A stretch of DNA of 64,000 nt from Candidatus Bathyarchaeota archaeon (lineage in GTDB: Archaea; Thermoproteota; Bathyarchaeia; Bathyarchaeales; Bathycorpusculaceae). The notes under the pieces were generated by a model. It saw only the letters and a list, made by a program, of their open reading frames with translations, ran no database searches and was not told the origin of the DNA. The position numbers and the translations under genes were made by a program. Shown here in pieces: positions 50,546 through 60,710 of this stretch (position 1 is its first letter; every line of letters begins with the position of its first letter). Location: positions 32,001 to 96,000 of the forward strand of contig CAWAKC010000010.1 in the NCBI GenBank assembly GCA_963782525.1, in the 5' to 3' direction.

Positions 50546-50980
50546 ACGAGTGGCATAAAAATTACCTGCGACGAAATGCGATACATTGCCCTATTTGAAA
50601 GCATCAGCGGTGCAAGCGTAAAAGACTGCATAGTCGACGAAGTTGAGCAACGAGCGATATTTGTCGTCAACCAAGGACAAGTGGGCGTTGCCATCGGCAA
50701 GGGCGGAAGAAACATCCATACCTTGGAACGAATGACAGGCAAAAAACACGAAATCATTGAGTACAGCGAAGACCCAGCAACATTCATGAAAAATGCTCTA
50801 AAACCTGCAGCTGTTCGTGAAATCCGCGTCACCGAACGCACTGATGGCAAAAAAATGGCAGTCATAACCGTCAACCCCAAGGATAAGGGCGTCGCGATAG
50901 GTAAGAACGGCAAGAACGCCGAACGTTTGCGCTTTTTGGCAAAACGGTACTTTGATATTCAGAACGTTAGCATCTCCTAA
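50546..50980 (+). CDS. nusA: archaeal NusA
   Basis: EMRYIALFE and two KH GxxG loops (IGKGG, IGKNG); frame open upstream of ATG 50576 to ACG 50546. Confidence 0.93.
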   Translation, partial: TSGIKITCDEMRYIALFESISGASVKDCIVDEVEQRAIFVVNQGQVGVAIGKGGRNIHTLERMTGKKHEIIEYSEDPATFMKNALKPAAVREIRVTERTDGKKMAVITVNPKDKGVAIGKNGKNAERLRFLAKRYFDIQNVSIS

Positions 50981-51117
50981 GTAGTCCGCTTAAACGGCTA
51001 TTAGGCGATGAAATCGTCGCTGATTCAGTCTGTATTGTTAAACCTAAATGGCATGTAAACTTCATACTGCGGAATCTTATTTTCCTTTAACAATTTATTT
51101 GTTTTTAGTCAAGAAAC

Positions 51118-52793
51118 GAGACCGTGTAAAAAATAGCGCAGCGGCCAGTTGTTAACTTGAAAAAGTACTTAATACTTTTTGAGATTTTACTTTCTCTTAT
51201 TCTTTATTTTTTAACAAGCGCTTGGATTAGAGCTTCAACCCCAAGAATGTTTAGAGCTCTCCTCAAATTATAAGAAAACAAAAGCAACCCAACCTCCCCA
51301 CTAACCTTGCGAAGACCTTTAAGCAGCAAATATGGAGCACCAAACGCTCTCTTCAAAGTTCCAAACGTATGCTCAATCACTTTTTTGCGTTCACCCATAA
51401 TCTCTGGATGCAATTTCATCCGCTTTCTCATATCATCGACAACTTCTTCGTGCACCCACCGCCAAATTACCCGACCTACCTTATTGCCTGTGCACTTAGT
51501 CATAAAAAATTGGCATGAAGAGCAAACACCTTTCTGGCATCTGTAAATACGCATCTCAATCCCTTCACGAACGCTCAAACAATAAAACAAAAGACGCCGC
51601 CCAGCTGGACAAACATACACATCAGCACTCTTATCATAACGGAATTTGTCAGCAGTAAACTCCGGAGACACAAGACCGCCACCGCTTCCAGATCTCTTCA
51701 CTGCAACATAAGGCGTAACCCCACTGTCGACACATTGCTTAATCTGCATGAAGTCAAAATAACCTTTATCAGAAATACAATCAATCTGCTCTACTCCTAG
51801 TGTTTCTTTTGCGCTTATAGCTACTCCGCTGAGCTGATTTAGGTCTGAAGCTTCGTTAGTCACCAGGTAGTTGACGATGAGATGGTTTTTTGAATCCACT
51901 GCTGCCTGCATGTTATAGCAGGATTCAACTCTGCCATGATTCATCATCTGCCGACAATCCAGATCAGTTAGAGCAACTTCCTTTTGACCACTCTTTTCTA
52001 TTTTACCAAGGATTTCTTGGCTCTTTTCTTTTTTCTCAAGCAACGCAGCCAATTTGTCTACCATAAAAGCCTTCGCCACTTCACCTGACTCGCTACTTGC
52101 TTGTTGCTCGTCAGATGCTTCCTGCTCATCTGCAGCATCTAACTCGTCTAGGTAGTGTTTTACTGATTTTTCCATGACCTTTATTCTCTTTGCAAGCGCT
52201 CGTTGGGTAAAGGCTTTATCATTGGAGTTGACGGCCCGAAGTTTGGTGCCATCTACGGTTACTTGTTTTGCTCCATAGAGACTGAGATCTTTTAAGAAAG
52301 CTACAAAATCTTTGAACAAGGCGCATATGGCTGCTGGGTTGTCTTTTCTAAAATCCGCTATGGTTTTAAAATCGGGTGCTAAGCCTTTGAGCAGCCACAT
52401 TGCCTCAAGGTTTGTTTTGCATTCTCGTTCTAGCTTTCTGCTTGATCGGATGTGGTTTAGGCCTCCGTAGAGATAGAGTTTACAGAGATCTTTTGGGTTG
52501 TATGATGGTCTTCCAAGGTCTTGTGGTGTTGAGTGGGTGAAGCCTAACTTTTCCATGTCCAGCGTGTTTACGTAGGCGTCTATGAATCTGACTGGGTTGT
52601 CTGGTTCTACGTATTCTTCTATGGTTTTGGGCAGTAGGAACGTTTGGTTTCTGGATAAGCCTTCTACATAGCTGTCGGTTTCATCGTTCATTGTCTGCTC
52701 ACTTATTTTGGTCTTGTTTGTTATGGGCGAAGGGTCTAGATTTAAGGTTAACGGCATAATAGACGAGTTAGAGCAGACTTTTCACACAGTCTC
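51118..52793 (-). mobile_element. complete IS1182-family insertion sequence
   Basis: 17-bp terminal inverted repeats (14/17) at 51118-51134 and 52777-52793; AAAC duplicated on both flanks. Confidence 0.88.
51204..52691 (-). CDS. IS1182 family transposase
   Basis: SSRKLE, PDFKTIADFRK, DGTK, YNMQ, DKGY, CPAG, EHTFG, YNLRR. Confidence 0.95.
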   Translation of the reverse strand: MNDETDSYVEGLSRNQTFLLPKTIEEYVEPDNPVRFIDAYVNTLDMEKLGFTHSTPQDLGRPSYNPKDLCKLYLYGGLNHIRSSRKLERECKTNLEAMWLLKGLAPDFKTIADFRKDNPAAICALFKDFVAFLKDLSLYGAKQVTVDGTKLRAVNSNDKAFTQRALAKRIKVMEKSVKHYLDELDAADEQEASDEQQASSESGEVAKAFMVDKLAALLEKKEKSQEILGKIEKSGQKEVALTDLDCRQMMNHGRVESCYNMQAAVDSKNHLIVNYLVTNEASDLNQLSGVAISAKETLGVEQIDCISDKGYFDFMQIKQCVDSGVTPYVAVKRSGSGGGLVSPEFTADKFRYDKSADVYVCPAGRRLLFYCLSVREGIEMRIYRCQKGVCSSCQFFMTKCTGNKVGRVIWRWVHEEVVDDMRKRMKLHPEIMGERKKVIEHTFGTLKRAFGAPYLLLKGLRKVSGEVGLLLFSYNLRRALNILGVEALIQALVKK

Positions 52794-52867
52794 AAACTTT
52801 TAGTCAACAAACCTTGTCAAGAACTCTTTTATTACAAACGCGTTTTAAAGAGAAGTGGTGACAGCAG

Positions 52868-54374
52868 TTGAAACTAATAAAATGCGTTATAGTTTTTGCT
52901 GTTTTCACTCTTTTGATAATTAGCATCCCAACTTCTGCTTTTTCTCTACAAGGAGCTAAAGCGGACCAATCCAATATATCGTTATCTGACAATTGGTCGA
53001 TGTTCAATCATGACCTACAACACACAGGAACAACAAACTCAACACTCTCAGACGGCAACCTGCTCTGGGAATTCAACACAGGGGATAAAATGCGGTCATC
53101 TGCCGCAGTGGTCAAAGGCGTTGTCTACGATGGCACAAACACTGGTTACGTCTATGCTTTGAATGCTGCTACAGGCTCAATAATCTGGCAATGATACAGC
53201 GTCAGCGCCGTGGAGTCGTCTCCTGCAGTAGTTGACGGCATCGTGTACGGTGGCCTACTCTGGGATAATCACAACGGGTATGTGGTTGCTTTGAACGCCA
53301 ACAATGGTCAATTGATTTGGCGATTCGCAACAAACACGGCATAGAATCTTCACCTGCAATCGTCGACGGTGTGGTCTTCACTGGCTCATACCTCGGCTAC
53401 ATCTACGCCCTAAACGCCACCAACGGAGACCAAATATGGTCCTATCTAACAGGCGACCAAACATATTCCTCACCCGCCATAATCAACGGCATCCTCTACC
53501 AGGGCTCAGGAGACGGCAACGTTTACGCTTTAAATGCTTCAAACGGAACACTGATATGGTCATTCCAAACTGGAACTCAAATCTACTGTTCGCCAACAGA
53601 GTTGTTGAAAACGTTGTTTATGTTTGCTCAGACGCTGGCAACGTTTATACTTTAAGTGCAAGCGATGGCTCAAGGATTTGGCAAGTTAACATCGGCTGCG
53701 GTGACCATGAAGACGCTTCAGAAATCGTAGCTAATGGCATTGTATACATATGTTCACGCAACGGATACTATGCTCTCAATGCAACCAATGGCGCGCAAAT
53801 TTGGTTCTTCACTTCCCCATACACACCACGTCAATTTACAGGCTACTTTTATTCCACTCCCGCAGTTGCAGACCATATTGTGTACATTGGCACAATAGAT
53901 TGTTACGTATTTGCATTAAATGCTTCCAATGGCTCCATCATCTGGCTTTTTCACACAGGGGGCTTCATATTTTCATCGCCTGCAGTTTACAACGCTGTAA
54001 TCTATATTGGTTCATTTGACGGCAAAATCTATGCTTTAGGCAACCCATCAGTAGCAGTCCAGGCGCCGCCACCAGTTCCAACCCCCTCAACCAACGGTAA
54101 CCCCTCAACCATCGCCAACCTCAACGCCCACCCCAGCAGCAACAACTACACCAACTCCTCAACCTACTGCAAATCCGACAAATTCCCCCACAACAACTTC
54201 TACACCAATACAATCCACATCCACACCTGAACCAACAATCGCAACCAAATACTCAGCGTTGGGTCGAACACAAACGGATCCGCAGAATCGATTATTCTGG
54301 GAATAACTTTCGCCCTTGCAGCATTAGCGTTTCTAACACTGTTTCATGTTTACAGAAAAGACAAAGCAGTATGA
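52868..54374 (+). pseudogene. PQQ-like beta-propeller (BamB-type) surface protein, disrupted
   Basis: YALNA..G..IW repeats spread over three ORFs, in-frame TGA at 53192 and several frameshifts, C-terminal TM. Confidence 0.85.
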
Positions 54375-54407
54375 GTTAAAGCAGCAAACCCAATTTTTTT
54401 ATTAGGC

Positions 54408-54656
54408 TCAGGTTGACCTTGTTTCATAAACTATAACTGCATCCGACTTAATCTGCATGACTAAGTCGTGGCCTTCCACAATTTTTCTTAGGTTACCCAT
54501 GCTTTCTTTAGAAAGGTTTGCTTTAATGTTGATGTGGTATCCATTGTAAAGTGGATACATGGCTTTTTGTGGAATCAAAGTTATGGTGCTTCCGTCAAGC
54601 CCCGGGCACCTGTCCACGATTTCTCTTAGTAAGATGGCGATTTCTGCGAACTTCAT
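54408..54656 (-). CDS. small hypothetical protein
   Basis: 82 aa ORF with ATG and AGGT SD. Confidence 0.7.
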   Translation of the reverse strand: MKFAEIAILLREIVDRCPGLDGSTITLIPQKAMYPLYNGYHINIKANLSKESMGNLRKIVEGHDLVMQIKSDAVIVYETRST

Positions 54657-54866
54657 GAATTCAACCTATTAACAATTTGTACATAACACAATAAAAGGCT
54701 TTTAGCTGTACCTCTTTTTTTTATGTTGAAATGTTAGATTTTTTTCATAATTATTGTTAAATGTTCATTATTTTCATTACGGTGATGGCGAGTGTGTGTA
54801 TTGAATCGTAAGTTAGCAGATATATTTATTAGATTGCCTTCCCTTTTCTATGGATAGGGATCCATT

Positions 54867-56333
54867 GTGAATAAGGGTAGACTTTCAGGCTTAATTTTGA
54901 TTGCATTTATAACGCTTACCCTTTTAGCTGTTCCCAGTTCCAATGCAACAACAACTAACAACACCACATTAAACCTTGATACGAATTACAAGAGTTGGGT
55001 TGATGGTTCAGCTTTCCAATACCAAGTTCACCCAAAAGCATCCACTATTAGTTACGGTGAAGGCATCTTGGCTAATACTGTCTTTGAGTTACGTAATGCA
55101 TACGACCTAAACCCTCTCTATTCAGCAGGATACACAGGAAAAGGTCAAACAGTCGTTATAGTTGATGCCTACGGTAGCCCAACAATATATGAAGATTTAC
55201 TAATGTTTATCCAATGGCAAAACGCAAACGGCGTAAACCTACCTTGGAAAACAATAAACGAAATCAAAAATCACTTGCATATATATTACCCCATGGGTAA
55301 ACCGGTCTTCGATGCAAACGACCCGAATCAACTGAGTTGGAGCACCGAGACAACCCTTGATGTTGACATGGTTCACGCAATCGCACCCAACGCTGACATA
55401 GCGTTAGTTATTGCGCCAAACAACAATGACAGACCATTAAACTATGCCGTACTTTACTCAATAATTCACCACCTAGGTTGCGCAATATCGCTAAGTTGGG
55501 GTGAAGCAGAATCAGCAATAACTGGACAAAGTCAAATACGGGAAGTAAGAATCTCGGACACAATTTTCAAATTAGCAACGTTGGCGGGCATAACAGTCTT
55601 CGCGGGTTCAGGCGATTGGGGTGCATCAAACGGGGCGGACTATAACAACGCGTTTTTCCCAGCATCAGACCCGTATGTAACAGCGGTTGGGGGAACTAAC
55701 CTGTTTATGAATTGTGCTGATGGCTTTATGGAGGGAACTAACTCCTGGGATAGTCAAAACCATGTTGGCGTGCAGTACTCGTACGAAATTGTAGGTAATG
55801 ACTATCAAGCTATGGTTGCCGACGGCTTCCCAGCTCCATTTGACATGGTTACGGCAGGCGGAGCGATGAGTTCCTTATTTCCTTTGCCAAGTTGGCAGAA
55901 AGGAATAGCCCTGACTGATATAGCAGGCAACACTATTATCCCAAATGGAAGATGCACATCCGACGTTTCATTTAATAGTGGTGTCTATGGTGCCTTAGGT
56001 ATTATTTTCTTGAGTGCAGCTTCCCCCGGTTCTCCAACACTTAATATTGTTGGTGGAACTAGTGCGGGTTCTCCTTTTTGGGCGGCTCTAACTGCAATAG
56101 CAAGCCAGTATGCCGGTCATAGCCTTGGATACTTAAACCCAGAGTTATATGCACATAGGGAGACTCTTTACAAAACGGGTGCTATTCATGACATCAAATC
56201 TGGCGACAATACATATCCCACAGGTAACAATGTGATAGGCTACAGCTCTACGAAGGGATGGGATTCACCCACAGGCATAGGGAGCCCTGACGCTGCGATT
56301 CTAGTACCAAAATTGAGAAGCATAGTTGGATAA
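54867..56333 (+). CDS. S53 sedolisin-family peptidase
   Basis: ETTLD (Glu/Asp), SGD oxyanion site, GGTS serine, GWD..TG.G.P Ca-binding loop; signal peptide. Confidence 0.92.
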   Translation: MNKGRLSGLILIAFITLTLLAVPSSNATTTNNTTLNLDTNYKSWVDGSAFQYQVHPKASTISYGEGILANTVFELRNAYDLNPLYSAGYTGKGQTVVIVDAYGSPTIYEDLLMFIQWQNANGVNLPWKTINEIKNHLHIYYPMGKPVFDANDPNQLSWSTETTLDVDMVHAIAPNADIALVIAPNNNDRPLNYAVLYSIIHHLGCAISLSWGEAESAITGQSQIREVRISDTIFKLATLAGITVFAGSGDWGASNGADYNNAFFPASDPYVTAVGGTNLFMNCADGFMEGTNSWDSQNHVGVQYSYEIVGNDYQAMVADGFPAPFDMVTAGGAMSSLFPLPSWQKGIALTDIAGNTIIPNGRCTSDVSFNSGVYGALGIIFLSAASPGSPTLNIVGGTSAGSPFWAALTAIASQYAGHSLGYLNPELYAHRETLYKTGAIHDIKSGDNTYPTGNNVIGYSSTKGWDSPTGIGSPDAAILVPKLRSIVG

Positions 56334-56691
56334 TAAAAATTAGAGTAAATTGGAAATTACTACAGCAGCTTTTAGATACTATTCACATTCAGAAGAAAGT
56401 TACATAAAATGGCTTTTGTTCTTCTTAGAGAAGTCGCCCGCTCTAAAGTATCAACCATTTGCAAAGTCAAAGAGCTTATCTTCTACATGAATGCGAACAA
56501 CAGAATAAGTTTTGCCGTATATGCTGAAATACATTTAATTGGCAAATATTAGGCAAAAGGAAGCTCTAATTATCGTAAACAAGAGAAAAAGAAAGAGGAT
56601 TTTGTGCGGGAGATATCCCCTTTTTGTCTGGAATTGTTTTAATAAGGCGCTTTTCAATAGTGTGAACGCTTCAAAATAGAGGCAAACAATC

Positions 56692-58608
56692 TTGTTAATC
56701 CAAGAAGTTATCCTTGAAAATTTCATGAGTTACGAATACGCCAGAGTACCGTTTAAACAGGGTGTTAACATAATTGGGGGACCCAACGGAGCAGGAAAAT
56801 CTTCGCTGCTTTTGGCAATCTCCGTTGGTTTGGGGCAGACTTACACTGAGCGTTCTCGCAAACTCAGCGACTTAATCCGCTGGGGACAAGACCAAGCCAG
56901 AGTCACTCTAATCCTAGATAACAGCAAGCAAGGAAACAAACGACCCGTCGCAAAATACAGCAAAGACCAGCTCTTCCTAACTCGAGTTCTGCGTCGAGAC
57001 GGCAAATACTTTTTTGAACTTGAAAACCGTGTTGCCAGCAAGCAGGATATTGAACGTTTGCTCGGTAAATTCGGTGTGGATCCAGACAACATGCTAATCA
57101 TAATGCATCAGAACATGGTGGAGCAATTCAGCGTTCTTAGTAATGTAGAGAAACTGCGTATGGTTGAAGCAGCCGTTGGCCTGGAACCTTTCCGAGAGAA
57201 CGTTGTTCAGGCCAAAACCAAACTTATGCGCATTCTGAGCCAAGAGGAATCTGTGGGCAAACTCTTGGAGCAAGCGCAGCAAACTCTTGCCTACTGGCAT
57301 GAGCAATATGAGAAGTATCAAGAGAAAAAACAGTTGCAGCTTAAACGGCGATTTTTGGACCGTGAACTTGTTTGGGCAGAAGTTGAAAAACGAGAAGCCA
57401 TAATCAAAGAGTTACAGGCAAAGTTCAATAAGAACCAGCAAACACTGGGCAAAATCGAAGACGATCGACAAGCGCTTATCAGCGAGTTGGATGGGCAGCA
57501 AGTTGTGCAGCAATCCCTCAAAGGTGATGCAAAATTAGTTTTCGATGAACGTTTGAATCTTGAACGTGAAATCGCTCAGAATGAATCCATTTTATACCTG
57601 ATTGAGCCGTTGTTAACCGAAGCCCAAGCTTTGGAATCTCTCACAAGCAAAGGTCAGTTTAAACTGCTTAGAACTGAGAACCTCAAAAAAAGGCTTGAAA
57701 CCGCGAAAAAACAAATCGCTAAGGCAACGGAAGAAGTTAAAGAAAATCAGAAAAAGATGCTCAAACTTGAAGGTTCAACCGACAAAATTTCGATTGAGGC
57801 TTTGGATAAACGTGTAGCTCTTGGTTTGCTGGAGTTTAAACGGGCAAACGCCATTGCCGACATGAAAAATATTGAGAAATCAATCAAAGAAGCCGGAGAA
57901 ACACTAAACAACGCTATCGCGAAGGCCCAGCCAAATGGCGAACGTATCGCGGTCCTAAAATCCAATGCTGAAATCCAAGACGAAATCGGCTTAACCAACG
58001 GACACTTAGCCGCTTTAGCGGATGTATCAGAGGACATCGAGCGACAGTACGAATCTTACTCGAAGCTTTACTTGGAACTTAAGGAAAAAGCACAGTTAGT
58101 AGCTGAGAACCGCGAGAAAACCTTAGAAGAAGTCAAAACTCGCATGCAATCTTGGCGCACCGTTATGGAGAACCTGCTTGAACGGGTAAACGTAGAATAC
58201 CAAAAAATTATGAGCCAAACCCGAGCAACTGGTGAAGTTAAACTTTCAAGTGCCCAAGACATTGAAACCGCTGGATTGGAAATCTACGTTGGATTTAAGG
58301 GAAGCAAACCAGTTGCGCTTGATGCTTACACTCAGAGCGGCGGCGAACGCACCACCGCTACGATGGGTTTCCTCTTGGCTTTACAGCAGCACGTACGTTC
58401 ACCTTTCCGAGCTGTCGACGAATACGATATACACATGGACCCCAAAAACCGTGAAATGATAGCTAAAGTCCTCGTTGCAATGATTAAGGATGCCAGCGCC
58501 CAATACGTCGTCATCACACCCAGCCAAATCACCTTTGCCCAGCAAGACGCCAACGTTATTACAGTGCAGAACCTTGAAGGAAAATCAGTCGTGCGTGAGG
58601 TTGCCTAA
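56692..58608 (+). CDS. short SMC-family ATPase (SMC5/6- or coalescin-like)
   Basis: ENFMSY, GPNGAGKSS, Q-loop MHQN, coiled coil, QSGGE signature, PFRAVDEYDIHMD. Confidence 0.9.
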   Translation: MLIQEVILENFMSYEYARVPFKQGVNIIGGPNGAGKSSLLLAISVGLGQTYTERSRKLSDLIRWGQDQARVTLILDNSKQGNKRPVAKYSKDQLFLTRVLRRDGKYFFELENRVASKQDIERLLGKFGVDPDNMLIIMHQNMVEQFSVLSNVEKLRMVEAAVGLEPFRENVVQAKTKLMRILSQEESVGKLLEQAQQTLAYWHEQYEKYQEKKQLQLKRRFLDRELVWAEVEKREAIIKELQAKFNKNQQTLGKIEDDRQALISELDGQQVVQQSLKGDAKLVFDERLNLEREIAQNESILYLIEPLLTEAQALESLTSKGQFKLLRTENLKKRLETAKKQIAKATEEVKENQKKMLKLEGSTDKISIEALDKRVALGLLEFKRANAIADMKNIEKSIKEAGETLNNAIAKAQPNGERIAVLKSNAEIQDEIGLTNGHLAALADVSEDIERQYESYSKLYLELKEKAQLVAENREKTLEEVKTRMQSWRTVMENLLERVNVEYQKIMSQTRATGEVKLSSAQDIETAGLEIYVGFKGSKPVALDAYTQSGGERTTATMGFLLALQQHVRSPFRAVDEYDIHMDPKNREMIAKVLVAMIKDASAQYVVITPSQITFAQQDANVITVQNLEGKSVVREVA

Positions 58609-59435
58609 TGCAGTCCATTAAACATGACAAGAAGTTGGGTAAGGAAAAGCTGGAACGTATAATTGAAATGTGCATAGCCATCGAAAACCACACCGTTGAG
58701 CCATTCACTTTGAACGTTGATGAAATCATCAAGATAGTTCATGAGTATTTTCCAAACTGGGCAAACCCTGAAGAATTAAAACTTGACGCAGAAGCCCTCC
58801 ATCACTTAGCAACCGTAATCAAAATGCAGAGCGAATGGGTAAAACAACGCTCAAACTCACTCTACACCGATCCCTTCCTCTTAGAAGAAAAAATCCGTCA
58901 GACTGGCAAACAGGGGATGGTTGAAGTTTTTTTGGGGGCTTGGAGTCCGCTGATCGAGTTTGAGCAACTTAGTCTTCACAGTTTAGCGCAGGGACTATTG
59001 TATTGGGAAGCGTTGGCGCCGATGGGCGACCGATGGAAAGATATCGACGTTTCCCAGGTTGCCATGGGTTCCGTGAGTCGTGACGAACTTGTCAAAGAGC
59101 GTGTTCTAAGTAACCGTGAATTCTCTGAGGAACTCGAATGTTACTGGCAGGAACTCAAAGTTAAAGTCACAGAAAAAGGCGTAGGCGGCAAGATTGCATA
59201 TTGGGATTTCATTGGCGCCGATGCATTTGAAGAAACCGTGCAACGTGCATTCCTAACTAGCTTCCTGATAACTTACGGTTACGCTACTTTGGAAATCGAC
59301 AGATTGGAAGAAACAGTCTTCGTATTACCTTTCGATAAACCCCGAAAAGACGCCCTGACAGAGCAATCCACTTCCGTCCCAATTGCGGTTTCAATTGAAA
59401 TTTGGCAAAAATGGAAGCGAGGCGAACAAGTTTGA
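58608..59435 (+). CDS. kleisin-like (ScpA/Nse4-like) subunit
   Basis: ScpA-like N-terminal helices; C-terminal FEETVQRAFLTSFLITYG resembles the Nse4 C-terminal wHTH. Confidence 0.7.
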   Translation: MQSIKHDKKLGKEKLERIIEMCIAIENHTVEPFTLNVDEIIKIVHEYFPNWANPEELKLDAEALHHLATVIKMQSEWVKQRSNSLYTDPFLLEEKIRQTGKQGMVEVFLGAWSPLIEFEQLSLHSLAQGLLYWEALAPMGDRWKDIDVSQVAMGSVSRDELVKERVLSNREFSEELECYWQELKVKVTEKGVGGKIAYWDFIGADAFEETVQRAFLTSFLITYGYATLEIDRLEETVFVLPFDKPRKDALTEQSTSVPIAVSIEIWQKWKRGEQV

Positions 59436-60085
59436 GCAGCAAGAAAAAAGGTGTTTACGGCAGCAAAGTCAAGAAAGCAACCCAGATGCTCTTCTACAAA
59501 AGACATCAGAAACCTGGCGTAAAAGGCTGGGAGCTCCATAAGGCGTTGGGTTCGGATTACCCCAAAGTGCTTGACCTTGTTGAAGATTACCTCAAGCCGC
59601 TTGATTTGCAGGTTAAAATCGTATTCGAAGAGGAAAAAACCCCTGAGAAACCTACCATTGAGGAGCTTGATAAAGCACGGTTCTTTGTCGCATTGTCGAA
59701 TGGCTCAGTAACTAAGGATAAGTTGATGGGTTGGCGCATTGACGATTTAGCTGGTTTAGCAATAACCATATCCTACATCATCAGCAAAAAAGGGCAAGCA
59801 GCACGCAAAGATGTCGAAAAACTGCTGGGCGAGAAGATGCCGAACTGGAAAATCGGCTTAAACCTTGACCGCTACATCCGCTACGGCTACCTAATGCAGG
59901 ACGAGAAAAGACAACTGTTTTTGGATTGGCGAACACGCGCCGAAGTGGACCAGAAAGCCTTACTCAACATGCTGCTTAACGCGGAAAAACAAACCGAAGA
60001 AGCCGCCGAATCCAAAGTTGAGCCCGACCCAGAAGAAACAGAGGAAGCGCCAGAAGGAATCAACACAGAAGAAGAAACCGAGTAA
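59432..60085 (+). CDS. kite-like tandem winged-helix protein (ScpB/Nse1/Nse3-like)
   Basis: Two predicted wHTH modules plus an acidic tail; coupled to the kleisin gene. Confidence 0.6.
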   Translation: MSSKKKGVYGSKVKKATQMLFYKRHQKPGVKGWELHKALGSDYPKVLDLVEDYLKPLDLQVKIVFEEEKTPEKPTIEELDKARFFVALSNGSVTKDKLMGWRIDDLAGLAITISYIISKKGQAARKDVEKLLGEKMPNWKIGLNLDRYIRYGYLMQDEKRQLFLDWRTRAEVDQKALLNMLLNAEKQTEEAAESKVEPDPEETEEAPEGINTEEETE

Positions 60086-60110
60086 CCTAACACAATCAAA
60101 AATGCAATTG

Positions 60111-60677
60111 CTATACGGTTAGCACCGCAACATAACAATTAATATTATCTTCATCCCCAAAAGCAACAACCTCTAATCCGCTGCCTTCCAAAACATCCAT
60201 AAACTTCTCAAGCGGAAACGCCTTTTTCAAACCAGTTACCACAAAACGGCCGCTCAGTTTGGTAACCTGTTTTAACTCGCCCAACGTTTCTGTAGGCTTG
60301 GGCATGTTTTGTAAAACCGTAAAAGCGAAAACCGCATCAAAAAAGTCTTCCCTAAAGGGCAAATGGTCTGCATCCGCCTGTAACACAAATGTGTTTTTGT
60401 AAACATTTGCTTTTTTCTTCGCTTTTAGTAACAGTTTATGGGAAACATCCACCCCCACAACTACTTCAGCTTTCGACGAGACTGCCTTGAAAAATAATCC
60501 TGACCCGCACCCGACATCCAGAACAGATTTGCCTGCCACATCGACGTTTTCGAGTGCCTTCAAATATTTTCTCTGTTGTTCCTCTGCATACTGCTCATCG
60601 TAGCTGTCTGATGTGACGTCGTAGCGTTGCATGATTTTGCGCTTATCTCTCCAAGTCATCAAGGCGTTATCCTTCAA
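60111..60677 (-). CDS. class I SAM-dependent methyltransferase
   Basis: VLDVGCGSG, DADHLPF..FD. Confidence 0.92.
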   Translation of the reverse strand: MKDNALMTWRDKRKIMQRYDVTSDSYDEQYAEEQQRKYLKALENVDVAGKSVLDVGCGSGLFFKAVSSKAEVVVGVDVSHKLLLKAKKKANVYKNTFVLQADADHLPFREDFFDAVFAFTVLQNMPKPTETLGELKQVTKLSGRFVVTGLKKAFPLEKFMDVLEGSGLEVVAFGDEDNINCYVAVLTV

Positions 60678-60710
60678 GAATTCTTATCTACCCAATGCCT
60701 GCTAAAATAG

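Noticed and set aside
53192-53194. Selenocysteine/readthrough at the in-frame TGA of the PQQ-repeat gene
   Set aside because: Additional frameshifts follow, so it is a pseudogene.
56692-60085. Wadjet (JetABCD) or Rad50-Mre11 system
   Set aside because: No JetD/Toprim nuclease, no Mre11 and no zinc hook; head motifs fit Smc5/6-like proteins better.
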